Shown: positions 1 through 12,946 of the stretch, piece by piece | Layout of the letters: every line of letters begins with the position of its first letter | Position numbering within the stretch: position 1 is the first letter of the stretch | From: Mobula hypostoma | Taxonomy: Eukaryota | Reading direction: 5' to 3' | NCBI RefSeq assembly: GCF_963921235.1 | Contig: NC_086097.1 | Coordinates: 226,860,001 to 226,924,000 of the forward strand | Length of the DNA stretch: 64,000 nt | Position numbers and translations under genes: made by a program | The notes under the pieces: generated by a model | Databases searched by the model: none | Seen by the model: only the letters and a program-made list of their open reading frames with translations | What the model was told of the DNA's origin: nothing

Positions 1-1781
1 TATAAGAAATGCAAGAGAACACTTAAGAAAGAAACAGGAAGACTAAAAGAAGGCATGTAGTTGCTCTAGCAGACAAGGTGAAGGAGAATCTTAAGGGATT
101 CTACAGATGTGTTAAGAGCAAAAGGATTGCAAGGGATAAAATTCTTCCTCTGTAAGACCATGTGTGGAGCCAAAACAGATGGGGAATATCTTAAGTGAAT
201 TCTTTGCATCTGTAAGATGGATACAGAGTCTCTAGAAGTAAAACAAAGAGGCATCAACTTCATATCTCTGTACAGATGACAGGGGGAGGAGGCAAATCAG
301 GGTGGATAAATCCCCTGGGCCTGACAAGGTGCTCTCTCAGACACTTAAGGAGGCAAGTGCAGAAATTGCTAACACCTAGCAGAGATATTTAAAAGACCTT
401 TAGCAACAGGAGAGGTACCAGAGGATTGGAGGTTATTCAATTTTGTTCCGCTGTTTAAAAAGGTTCTAAACATAAACCAGGAAATTATAGGTTGGTGAGT
501 CTGCATCGGTTGTGGGAAAGTTACTGGGAGGTATTCTGAGGGACCAGATATATAAGTATCTGGATAGACATGGACTGATTAAGGATAGTGAGCATGGCTT
601 TGTGCTTGGTGGGTTATATCTAACCAGTCTTAGAGTTTTTCGAGGAAGTTACTAGGGAAGTGGATGAAGGCAAGGCAGTGGATGTTGCCTACATGGAATT
701 TAGTAAGGCATTTGGCAAGGTCCCGCATGAGAGTCTGGTCAAGAAGATTCAGTTGCTCAGCGTTCAGGATGAGGTAATAAATTGGATTAGATATTGACTC
801 TGAGGGAGATGCCAGACAGTGATAGTGGAGGTTTGCCTCTTTGTCTGGAGACCTGCGACTAGTAGTATGTCACAGAGATTGGTGGTGGGTCTTTGTTGTT
901 TGTCATCTGGATGATAATGTGGTTAACTGGATCAGCAAATTTGCGGATGACACCAGTGGTCGACAGTGGGGAAGGCTATCATGGCTTGCAGAGGGGTCTG
1001 CATCAGCTGGAAAAATGGGCTGAAAATAGCAGATAGAATTTAATGCAGGTTTTGCACTTCCGTAGGTCTTGCACAGAGAATGGTAGGGCACAGCAGCATG
1101 TGGTAGAATGAAAGTATCTAGGAATATAGGTCCATGATCATTGAAAATGGTGTAACAGGTAAATAGGGTCTTAAAGAAAGCTTTAGGCATATTGGCCTTC
1201 ATAAATCAATGTATTAAGTTCAGGAGATGTGATGTTACGTTGAAGTTGTATAAGAAGTTTATGAGGCCTAATTTTGAGTATCGTGTGCAGTTTTGGTCAC
1301 CTAACAAGGTTGAAAAAGTACAGGGAAAACTCACATGAACTTTGCCGGGTCTGGGGGACCTGAGTTACAAGAAAAGATTGACTAGCTTAGGACTGTATTC
1401 TTTAGAATGTAGAAGTTTGAGAGGGATTTGATGGAGGTATACAACATTATGAGGGGTATGGATAGGGTAAATGCAAGCAGGCTCTTGTCACTGAGGTTGG
1501 GTGAGACTACAACTAGAGGTCATAGGTTAAGGGTGAAGGGTGAAAAGTTTAAGGGGAATATAAGGGAAAACTTCATCACTCAGAGGGTCATGAGAGTGTG
1601 GAATAAACTGCCAGGTGCATGCGAGCTCAATTTCAACATTTAAGAGAAGTTTGGAAAGGTACATAGATAGTAGGGGTAAGGAGGTCTATGGTCCGAGTAC
1701 AGGCCAATACAAGTAGGCAGTTTAAATCATTTTGTCATAGATTATATTGGCTGAAGGGTCTGTTTTTGTGCTGTACTGTTC
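1..1781 (+). mobile_element. Degenerate CR1-clade LINE, ORF2 RT region and 3' end
   Basis: Fragmented frames give CR1 motifs: KSPGPD (~308), DFSKAF-like (~697), ISKFADDT (~931), 'TRGHRLRVKGEKF...FITQRV' (ORF 1428-1643). Many stops and frameshifts. Confidence 0.9.
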
Positions 1782-2294
1782 ATTTACAGAATATTTAAAT
1801 ACTTCCATTTGACACAAACTTCTGGTAGAGGGAACATCTCAAGTGTTGGCATGTTAACTTGTTGTTTCCTCACTTTGTGACTTAGTACCATAGCTGCAAT
1901 TCGTGAGCAGTATTGCATTGAGTTTGTTTTTGATCCTAATGGTAAAACAATGCAAATTCACATCTACTTATAGCACATCACTTCCTTCCTGCAATCTTTT
2001 TCATTATTTAAGCACCAGAATGGTCTTGTGCATTAAACTATCCAATGTTCTCCCAGAAAATTCTGTAACAGCTAACTTAGGGAATTTACACAGGTTTTGC
2101 AAAAGCCAATTTTTGTGGATACTGATCAGAGTTTGAGCAGAACTGAAGAAAAGTCATCAGTGATGTGCTAACAGTTTTAACCTACACATGTTGCTAACTT
2201 TTCTTTTAATTTTCTGTTTTTAATTTCAGAAAACATGTAATTATACTCAATAATGTCTTATAAAACTAATACTCAACCATCATTGAAAATGTGA

Positions 2295-4113
2295 CCACGT
2301 CTTGAGGGCGGGTTTGGTCGTGGTGTCCAGGAGCGTTTAAACTAAATTGACAGGAGGATCGGGACCGGAGGTATAGTGCGAAAGATGAGTTAGCTGGTTT
2401 ACAAAGAGGCAATGTATAGTGAGATACCTAGCAATGAGAGGATGATGATGGGGCCAAATTGCAGTGAACAGCACAAGTTGCAATGTAAAAGGAAGAAAAA
2501 ATCAAAAAGGGTGAAGACGAGACTGAAAGTGTTATATTAGAATGGTTGCAGTATATGGAATAAGGTAGATGAACTTGTAGCACAGTTACAGGTTGGCAGG
2601 TATGATGTTGGCATCACTGAATCATGGCTGAAAGATGATTATAGCTTGATTATTTAACGTCGAAGGATACACATTTTATTGAAAGGATAGGCATGTAGGC
2701 AGAGGCTCTGCTGGTTTAAAAAAATGAAATCAAATCATTAGAAAGAGGTGACATAGAGTCGGAAGGTGTTGAATTGTTGTGGGTAGAGCTAAGAAATGCC
2801 AAAGGTTTAAAAAAAACCATGGGGGGAGTTGTATACAAACCCCGAAACAGTAGTAAGGATGTGGTCTACAAATTACAATGGGAGATAGAAAATGCATCCA
2901 AAAGGTCAATGTTACAATAGTCATGGAGGATTTCAATATGCAGGCAAATTGGGAAAAATCAGTTTGGTGCTGGATTCCAAGAGGGGGTACTTCTAGAATG
3001 CCTAGGAGATGGCTTTTTAGAGCAATTCATGGTCAAACCCACTAGGGGAATCAGCTATTCTGAATTGGGTGTTGTGCAATGAACCAGAATTGATTAGAGA
3101 GCTTAAGGTAAAAGAACCCTTATGGGAAAGTGATCACAATACTATATGATCGAATTATCCATGAAATTTGAGGAGAAGCTGAAGTCAGATGTATCAGTGT
3201 TACAGTGGAGTAAAGGAAATCAGAGGCATGAGAGAGGTGTTTGCCAAAATTGATTAGAAAAGAGCAGTGCTGCTCGGCCGTTGTTCCGGCTAATGACTGG
3301 AATTTCTGGAAGCAATTCAGAAGACAAATAGGAAGAAGTATTCTAAAGGCAACAAGAATTAATTGTAGCTAATTAAGAGAAGTCAAAGCTAACATTAAAG
3401 CCAAAGAAAGGGCATATATTAGAGCAAAAAATTAGTGGGATATTAGAGGATTTGGAAGCTTTTAAAAACCAACAGAAGGCAACTTAAAAGTAATTAAGGA
3501 AAAGGTGGAATGCAAAAGGCAATAATTTTAAAGAAGATACTAAGTTTCTTCAGATAAAGTGTAAAAGAGGTAAGAGTGGATATCAGATTGCTGTAAATAG
3601 ATACTGGAGAGGCAGTAATGGGGGACAAGGAAATGGCGGACTAACTGAATAAGTATTTTGCTTCAGTCTTCCACATTGAAGACACTAGCAATATGGTGGA
3701 AGTTCCAGAGTGTCAGGTGTAAGAAGTGTGTGAAGTTGCCATTATTAAGAAAGTTCTTGGGGAAACTGAAAGGTCTAAAGGTAGATAAGTTACTTGGACC
3801 AGATGGTGTACATCCCAGGATTCTGAAAGAGATGGCTGAAGAGATTGTGGAGGCATTAGTAATGATCTCTCGAGAATCACTTGGTTCTGGAATGGTTCCT
3901 GAAGACCGGAAAATTGCAAATGTCACTCCACTCTTTGAGAAGGGAGAGAGGCAGAAGAAAGAAAATCATAGGGCAGTTAGTTTGAAGATGTTGGAGTCAA
4001 CTGTTAAGATATGGTTTTGGGGTACCTGGAAGCACATGATAAAATAGGCCCGAGACTGCATGGTTTCTTCCATTGAAAATCTTGCCTAACAAATCTTTTG
4101 GAATTCTTTGAAG
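2295..4113 (+). mobile_element. Degenerate CR1-clade LINE (APE endonuclease to start of RT), broken off by an LTR element
   Basis: GITESWL (~2610), VMEDFN (~2920), 'GPDGVHPRILKE...IANVTPLF' (ORF 3658-4047). The sequence stops abruptly after TNLLEFFE at 4113. Confidence 0.88.
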
Positions 4114-4616
4114 TGTAATGGCTTCTTTGTAATGCTTCACTGCTGAGTTAACGGTTTGGGTTATGGCTGGAGATACCAGGACTATACTATGCATGTTAGC
4201 CAAACAGAGATTGTTGTTTTGTCTTGTGTACCTGGAAGGATGTTGTTTTCACGGTCTTTTGTTGAGGAAAGAGGAAGAGGGAGGCCGCGTGTGGAGAGCG
4301 CTGGTAGACCACTGGAAGGAGTGGACTTTGGGATCTGAGGGTCCAAAGGTCGGCGACGCTCGGAGACTGATGGTGGAAGAATGACTACTGAGTGAGCTAC
4401 AACATGACTTGGGCCCTTTTTTTCATTACTAACCCTATATTCAGATTAACATTCATAAAGTTCAATCATTTAATGGTGTACTGTCTGATATTTTGCGTTG
4501 TGGGTTTGTAATTGGGCGTACATTACACAGCATCCACACAAACATGATTACCCAGTTTGGCGGTGCCGAAGGCTGTTTCCCTAGACAAACACGAGCTGGG
4601 CGAGCCTAGGGTTACA
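4114..4616 (+). mobile_element. 5' LTR of a Ty3/Gypsy retrotransposon
   Basis: Termini TGTAA (4114) and TTACA (4612-4616) form a perfect 5-bp inverted repeat. Followed by a TGGGGGC primer-binding-site-like motif at 4621 and then gag. Confidence 0.8.
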
Positions 4617-4687
4617 ACCGTGGGGGCGACCTCCTGGACTGATTCCGTTGGATGCTGTGTGATTGCCCTATTTAAATCCGTGCTGGT

Positions 4688-5982
4688 ATGGATGCTGCTG
4701 GGGTAGAGCAGTAGTGTGCCTCCTTGGGGTTGCCGGTAATTAATATGCGTGTTGAGTGCGGTGGATATTTATACCCCGGTTGAATTGTTAATTCGATTTT
4801 TGAGTACGGTTAAAGCCGTTGGCAAATTTGAAATCGTAGCTCAAAGGTTTGATAAAACGGTGTGCTCAGACCCTGTTTTAGTTCAGACTAGCGCTGACGT
4901 AACGGCGGTGGGACTGTCAGCGTCTATCGGTGCCCCAGGTGAGGCGGGGCCATGGCCTATCCATACTGTCAGGGAGGAGGAGAAGGGAGCCCAGCAGGCT
5001 GGGTTACTGGCCGAGTTGCCCGCAGTTGGGGGCGGAGATTTCAGAGACAGGGTTCTATCGTTTGTGAGGAGCGAGGGGAAAGAGTGGTCGGATTTGGAAA
5101 GTTTAATTAGTCCCTGTCCCCCAGAGAAGAGTGAGGGTTCTGAGTTGGCATCAGCCCTTACCTCCCTGGCGAGTAAGTGGCCCAGTGCACGGGCAGTGGG
5201 GCCCCGCCAGAGGTTAAGAATTTTCTCTGGAATAACGCCCACCCCCGAGGGGGAAGAGGAGTATGAGACGTGGGTGGAGAAGACCTCTCAGTTGAGTGGC
5301 GGTGCTGTGATGACGAAAAGCGACAGAGATCGGTTGAAAGTTTCAGGGGGTTGGCGGCTGATGTAGTAAGAACCGTGACAGTTAACCAACCCTCTACTCC
5401 CCTTGCTGAGTATCTAGACGAATTAGAGAGCGTTTTTGGTACGACAGGGAACCCACTGGAGCTCATGGGGGGCGGGGGGGGGGGGAGAGTTCAAAACATG
5501 CGTTACAAGAAGGGGGAGAAGCTTTCCGCATACCTTTTTCGGCTAGAGAGACAACTAAATTGTTTGCGGCGCCGGGAGGTCATTCAGGCGGCTGAGGTGG
5601 ATAAGTTAAAGATGGACCAGATAGCCAAGGGCGCCCAGCCCCAGAACATGATTACTTGGGGTCTCCGATAGTCCCGTAAAATGTGCCCCCCTCTCTCATT
5701 TGATCAGCTGATCAGAGAGGTGCGGGAGGACTCCGTCGGCAGGGTACAGTCCTCAGTAGTAGCCCCTTGTGATGAAGCGACCGGGGCCAGCCCAACCCGG
5801 GAAAAGGTAAAGGAGATGATGGCAGAGCTGAGGACTGAGACGTCCCGGGTGTGGACCCTCCGTATGATAGGACTGGTAGAGGGCGCCCCCCCCACCCCCC
5901 TACCAAGGGAACAGACTACGCGGAGGGCTGCAGGTGGCCGGGGTTCCGCAAGAAGAGGGGCGGCTGGTAGTGTACTATAACT
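4688..5982 (+). pseudogene. Disrupted PNMA-type Gypsy Gag, truncated at the start of the zinc knuckle
   Basis: Across frameshifts: LRIFSGITPTPEGEEEYETWVE, ESFRGLAADVV, YLDELESVFG, EKLSAYLFRLE, PPLSFDQLIREVRE, all matching the PNMA/Gypsy capsid pattern. ATG at 4688 with an early stop. GC-rich relative to the flanks. Confidence 0.85.
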
Positions 5983-6099
5983 AGATCAGCCATGATGAAA
6001 TGGTGGAGCAGACTCGATGGTCAAAATGGCCTAATTTTGCTCCTATACCTTGTGTTCTTACGGTCTCCATCGCAGTTTGGTTTCCCACCGCCACCACCC

Positions 6100-6953
6100 T
6101 CTCAAGTCCAGGTTGCAGTGAGTGGTTCACTCAGTAGAGGTCACTGGCTGTTAGCTACCAAATTAAGAGCCCTGTTTATTCCCAGAGCGAAGCATAGAGC
6201 TGAAAAAATTACTGCTGACTCCTCCCATACTAACAGTCATCTGTTCACCAAATTGTCATCAGGGAAACGCTGCAAGACCATCATCACCAGGATCTCTGAA
6301 GCTTCTTTCCTGTAGCTATCCAGCTTCTCAACAAAACTCACTCAGGTGTGGTACCCCATCTGTCCCTGTACAACATCTGTCCACTGGACCTTTTTTCTCC
6401 CCTTGTTCTGTTCATAAATTCACATTTAGTAAATTTGATTGTTTAGGTTTGTGAATGTGACTGTTCTGCTAATTGTGGATTGCGCATGGCTGTTTGCATT
6501 ATTGCCTTGTAAATTGTTGGTAGCCATTTTGTCTGTCATGGCATTGCCCTGTGGTTTTTGCTTCATATACTGGCAATAAAGTAGTTTCAATTCTACTTTG
6601 GTAAGAGTGGTGCATTAGGAAGATGGCATCCATCATTAAAGACCCTCACCACCACCCAGGACATGCCCTCTTCTCATTGCCATCAGGAAGGGGGTACAGA
6701 AGCCTGAAGGTATGCGCTCAGCGATTCATAACAGCTTCTTCCCCTCTGCCATTACTAAATGGACATTGAACCTATGAACACTACCTCACTACTTTTTAAA
6801 ATTTGTATTTCTTTTGTGCTAATTTTTAACATGACTGTTTAATAGACATTTACTTACTGTAATTCAGTATTTTTCTCTATTTATTTCACTGCACTGCTGC
6901 CGGAAAGTCAATGAGTTTCACGACATATGCCAGTGATTTTAATCTGATTCTGA
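6100..6953 (+). mobile_element. Two tandem 3' remnants of Rex1/Babar-type LINEs
   Basis: 'HLFTKLSSGKRCKTI' followed by AATAAA near 6575. A second 'IIKDP..HPGHALFS.PSGR' remnant ends in a CTGATT-type tail near 6950. Confidence 0.65.
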
Positions 6954-6954
6954 T

Positions 6955-7415
6955 GCTGCCTGGATTAGAGGGAATATGCTTTAGAGGTTGGTGAAACTTG
7001 GGCTATTTTTTCTGGAGTGATGGAAGTTGAGGTGAGATCTAATAGAAGTTTATAAGATTGCGAAGCATAGAGTAGACATAGTATTGGTTTCCTAAGTTTT
7101 AAATGGCTAATACCAGAGGATATGACTTTAAGGTGAGGGGAGAATTTTAAAGATGTGAGGGGCAATTTTTTTTAAAAAACAGAGTGATGGCTGCCTGGAT
7201 TGCACTGCTTTGGGTGGTGGTAGAGGCAGATATATTAGGGACCCTTAAGAGATGTTTATATGGGCCCAAGAAATGTGAGGAAATGGAAAGATATGGACAT
7301 TGTTTAGGCAGATTAGTTTAGTTGACCATCTGATTACTGATATATTTGGTTCAGCACAACACTGAGGGCCAAAGGGCCTGTTCCTGTGCTCTACTGGTTT
7401 ATGTTCCATGTTCTA
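6955..7415 (+). mobile_element. CR1 LINE 3' fragment
   Basis: Similar to the CR1 3' end at 1340-1780. Ends with AGGGCCTGTTCCTGTGCT plus an ATGTT-type tail. Confidence 0.75.
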
Positions 7416-8629
7416 ATTGCTTATATAAGACAGCACAAGCGATTTGTAATGGGCAGTATTTCATTATAGCTTGCTGGATCCTGTAATATGTATTTATAAC
7501 ATTAGCTATGTTGTTATTCAGTTACCAAGTCATTAATTGATAAATCTTTTTTTTAATTTTATTTTTATTTGGATAAGGAGTTCACAATTATCATGTACTT
7601 TTTTCACACATATAACCTTTTCCATTTTTTTATATGTATAAAACTACAATTATTTATACATTCTTAAGTACACATTGGGATGATATAAAAGCAAAATAAA
7701 CATTTAAATAGATAATTATGTACTGTGGTAAATCTAACCTATTAGGCTAAGTAATGAATTGATAAATCTTAACACATAGTTGCCAATGACTTGTCTACTG
7801 TGACTGGGAACAGAAAGCAATACAATGGAGGATTGTTTGAAGATGTAAGAGCCATGTTCCAAAACAATTTCCAGGAAAAGAACAGGAAGCTCCAACTCTG
7901 GCTGCAAACTAACTGCAAGTTGATTGGATTATGAGGAGATATGCTAAAAGCACATAAGAAATAGCAGTAAGAGTTTGTTGCTGTTCCCTGAGCCTGCTGC
8001 ACCACTCAATAACATTGCTGATCTGTTCTTGGCTTAACCCCAGTTTCCAGCTAACTTCCTCCTAATTCAAACTGCTGTCAATAATAATCTTGAATATATT
8101 CAATGGCTGCTTTGGGATAGAGAACTTCAAAGATTCAAGACTCTCTGAGAGAAGAAACTCCTTCACATCTCTCTATTAAATGGATTATATTATGAAGCTG
8201 TAGCTTTAACTCTGGATCACCCTTCTAGAGGAAACATCTGCTCGTTCAGAAAATATCCCTCAGAAACTTGTTTCAATTAGATTGCATCTCATTCTAAACT
8301 TCAAGTATAGGTTCAACTAATCATCATCCCTGGAATCAACCAATGAACTCTTTGCGGTTGCCAATGTAGGTTGAATATGGAGACCAAAACTCTACTTGGC
8401 ACATCAGCTGTGAAGATAACTACACGTGCAAATGTGCACCAAAACCTTGGTACTTCATACTAGTTGCAATAAAACCCTAACCCTCACTTCATTAACCTTG
8501 CAGTGTCAAGAATTGTAATTGAATAGACTAGAAATAGCTAAGCAACTGGCACCATTCTCTGTGGTATCCTCCCCTTTACTGAAAGTCCAATTAACTGTTT
8601 TTTGGATGAGATGCAAACAATGCTTTTGT

Positions 8630-9285
8630 AACATACATAAAATGCTGAAGGAACGCAACATGTCAGGCAACACCTATGAAAAGAATAATGATGTTTTGGG
8701 CCAAGACCCTTTTGGCACTGGAATGAAAAGATGCCAGAATAAAAAGGTGGGGGAGGGGAAGGAGGACAAGCTAGAAGGTGATGGGTGAAATTAGGTGGGG
8801 GGAGGGGTTGAAATGAGAAGCTGAGAAGTGCTAGGTGGAAACGGCAAAGGGCTGGAGAGCAAAGAATCTGATGGGAGAGGAGAGTGAACCCTGGGAGAAA
8901 GGGCAGTATGGTGAAGTGATAGGCAGGTGAGAAGAGGTCAAAGCGGTGAACTGAAGAAGGGTAGGGAGAAAAGATATTACTGGAGGAAGAAATTGATGTT
9001 CATGCCATTGGTTGGAGCTAGCTGGATGGAAGACATTGCTCCTCCACTCCGAAAGTGGTCTCAATGTGGCAGAAGTATGGGGATAGGAATTTAAATGGTA
9101 GGCAACCAGGAAATTCTGCTTTTTGTGGATGGAGTGGAGGTGCTCACAAAGCAGTCCCCCAAATTATATTGCATCTCACCAATGTAGAAATACCAGATAC
9201 AGTAGGTGATCCCAACAGATTTGCAGGTTAAGTGCTGCCTCACCTGGAAGGACTGTTTGGGGCTCTGAATGGAAGTGAATGGCCA
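8630..9285 (-). mobile_element. Old Penelope-like element fragment
   Basis: Diverged copy of the element at 44540-45325: purine-rich block, and 'QSFQVRQHLTCKSVGITYCI..YIGE' in ORF 9091-9342. Confidence 0.75.
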
Positions 9286-12059
9286 TTTCCTTTTGTAGTA
9301 CTCATTTAGAATGTGAACTAATATACACAGTAAAAGATGCAATCACAGAAAGACTGTTACAAAACTGAGATTATGGGTAATATAAATTGTGTATGACAGA
9401 GGCCGCAAAAACTAGCAATGAAACAGTACCATTGGCAAGAGTTTTCAACATGTCTAAATGTTCTTCGTCTAGAAAACACAAAGCACTTTGAATTTCTTAT
9501 TTGATTTGCCTTAGCACACATAGTGCTTCCTATACTCACATACTTACATTCAGCCACTGGACAAATCAACCTCTAAACTTTCTGAAGAAACCATATAGAC
9601 ATTGGTAAACAGCGTAGTTAACATCTGTGGGACATTATGTTTCACATCTGAATATTCAAATAAAATAAACTTTTGATTTTGCTGGTCTGGCAGCTTTACA
9701 ACTTTTAATTAATATATTTTCCTGATCAATTTTACAAGAACATTAATTTTCAATTCAGGGAAAAAGGCTAAGAATTGAAAACCTCATGAATTATTATAGA
9801 TTGTACGCTGGACATTATCTCCGTGTAGCTGGATTAGCATAGAAAGTAAACTGATGAGTGAAGGAGTTAAAAAAAAACACCAGGCGGATAACCATTGGTT
9901 ATGTTGAAATGCTATTGATAGCAGACAGTACTCAAATGATTTAAAAACAATGAGCACACAAATTTTCTTTTCTGTAACATTTTTCAGTAAAACTGTAATC
10001 TGCTGAAAATATGCAATGAAGGTGATTTCTCAGTAAAGTTGATGAACTGGTGATTAGAGGGAAAGTTGTTCATAAATTTATACAATGAATTTTTAGGCAA
10101 TCCACTTTACAGTATTAAAGTATAATTTAAAACAAGCAGTCATTGTACTATTCTAAAACAAATTTACTCATTCATACTAATAGTGAAAAGATGTGCAAAT
10201 TATTTTATTTCCATTGCAAGAATTTATCCAACAATTTAAAATACTTTCTCAGTGGCTGTTATGTTAATTAATACTTTAAACTTAATAGACATGTACATGA
10301 TTCATTATTTTGTTAATTTTAGATGGTTTCTAATGAAAAGACACAAAATTTCATCCAAATATCTAGGTTTTCCAATGATGGCTGAATTTAAGGGCACAAA
10401 AATGTCAAATTTAGAGTATTTAATTATCAGTTAGTTACAGACTTTAGTACAAAGATGGAAGATATCAACAAGGTAGGCTGGGGAAAATTTCTTTTGAGTC
10501 AAGACATCGACTACTTCAGCAGAAATTGTAATGGACACAGTTAGAAATTGCTACATGATTCTATCAAAATTAATATTCATTTGTGGATTAGTGTACCAAG
10601 TAGATGGGACAACATTACCAGAAACCATCCATTTTCAGGGATTTTCAATCACTTAATGCCAAAAGTTTATCAAAAATAGCAAATGCTGGAAAAAAAATCA
10701 GCCAGCTTCAGAAGCCGCATCAATAAACTGGCATGAGCAGTTGGTTGGATAGTTTCTGAGCCTATAAGGAACCAAAGCAGAACCACTCAATCTTTTGAAG
10801 TAGTTTAAAATGACATTATCATCTAATTCTGAAAGAAGCCTCCCATTACTACCTTTGACAGACTCTTTAATAGGGAACAACAAATGTTCCGTACTCCAGG
10901 AACCACAATGATGGCTGGGTCTTCCCAAGCTGGAAGGCCAAATACATTTAGCTATACTGAGAACAGGCTGTACCTGGAACTATTAATGAGTTTCAGAAGA
11001 AACAGTCACATGCACTCAGATGAAGCAGAAGTATTATAGATAATGAATATGTGGCTGGCGATGTATAATGGAGCATGACAGCAACCTGAAAAATGTTATG
11101 CAATTGGAAGAGCACAGGAGTTCCAGAAATGGGCAGAGGATTGGGCTCAAGGACTTTTGTGAGGACAAGTGACCAAGCTCTCGGGCAAGCCAAAAGTATC
11201 AATGGAAATCACAATTTATGAATGCACTACTACCATGGTGTCCTCTGTACCCAACCAGCTATGGAAGACAGCAGTGGATTAAAATGTGCAGGTGGTGTGA
11301 AATTCATAATGAAACTGTTGTACAAATCCCCAGCTAGTGCTCCACTGATTAATATGGGCACAACAAAGTCATTGAATACCTGAAAGAGAAGGTTATCAAA
11401 TATGGATGGACCACATTTGTTGAACCTCACCTCTACACAACAACTGATGCTTTATGGAAGCTGGACTTTATTTGTTGAAGAGAATGTGGCTGAGGTTGAT
11501 GGTGCCATTAGATACAGGAATAATATGTAGTTCATCCAGGAGGGATGGTGAGAAGCAAGATAGATACAAGTATTCAATGAGTCAGTCACAGGGGGATGAA
11601 TGTACCCAATATAAAGTGGCAACCACTGATTCTGACTAGCCCATTACACTGACTACCTTAACTGGAAGGCTCCAACACCTTCGTAGCACCTAAATAGAAC
11701 ATCACACATGTGGACTGAGGATGGACAGTTGCCCAACATACATGCAACATGTAAACCAACAGAATTTGCATTCATTCAATGAATCAAATCTCAGGAAAGA
11801 TGCTGCTGACCTACAGAACTTTACTAGCATTTTATATTTTTTGTTTCAGATTTTCTGCGTCTACAATAAAAAAAACCACCTCCAGAAATGATAGTTGCTC
11901 CCCGGATAGGAAATTTAAGACAAGATCAAATTAGAAAATTAAATGTAATTGTTAGTCTTGATAGTGATTAGCAATTACTTGCAACCAATTGGTGAAGGGG
12001 GAAAATGGGAAATGATGTATCCAAAGTACATTGAAGCCTTGTTTCATGAACTTAGTCTG

Positions 12060-12490
12060 AAAGCCAGAGGAGCAAAAATAGCCCATTTAGCCCATCTAGT
12101 CTGCTCCACCATTTTATTATGGCTGAACCATTTCCCTCTCAACGCCATTCTCCTGCTTTGTCCCCTTAACATTTCATGCCTAAATAATCAAGAACCTATT
12201 GACCTCCTCCTTAAATGCACCCAGTTACCTGTGGCAACAAATTCCACACATTTATCACCCTCTGGCTAAAGAACTTTCTCCTCATCTCTGTCCTAAATGG
12301 ATGTCCCTCTATATTGAGGCTGTGCCCTCTCATCCTAGATTCCTCCACCAAATGAAACAACTTTTTCACATTCACCCAATCTAGCCCTTTAACATTGATA
12401 GGTTTCAATGAGATCCCCCCCTCACTCTTAATTCCAGCGAGTACAGGCCCAGAGCCTTGAATTGCTGCTCATATGATAACCCTTTCATTC
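12060..12490 (-). mobile_element. CR1 LINE 3' fragment
   Basis: ORF 12211-12408 'RGHSLNIEGHPFRTEMRRKFFSQRVINVWNLLP'. Confidence 0.85.
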
Positions 12491-12662
12491 ATGACTTCTG
12501 TTTCAGAAGACATACAATGGTTCTCAAGTTAATCAGAGTAAAGGATTTTTTAAACACGAGTTAACAAAAAAAAATAAGGTATCTCATCCATCTACTTGTG
12601 CATCATGTAGAATAGATACTCAAACCACAAACTCTGGAATTAAAAGTGGTCAATTTGAGTAT

Positions 12663-12668
12663 TTTATT
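12663..12668 (-). promoter_or_regulatory. Candidate PEX2 polyadenylation signal AATAAA
   Basis: TTTATT on the plus strand about 280 nt downstream of the PEX2 stop. Motif only. Confidence 0.35.
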
Positions 12669-12946
12669 TGGAAAGAAGCTGCTTTTATGATGTCCTCATG
12701 ACGTTTCAAGGATTCCATAAATGGAAAATGAAGTGGATCACCTTGTCATTTGTTCCATCTCTGAAGCAGCTGATTGCTTAAGAAAGAATTTGGTTCAAAT
12801 ACTAGGTCAGTAAACAATATAATTAAATTTTCACATACATCTAGGCCACCAAAGGTTGCATCTGCGTCTTGTCCTTTAATAATGCATTGAGATGTCAACC
12901 TAGATAACATGTTCAAATTCCAAAGTGGCCTTTAGGCAAATCTGCA

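Noticed and set aside
4688..5982. Domesticated PNMA-like host gene
   Set aside because: Multiple stops and frameshifts, and still attached to an LTR and PBS.
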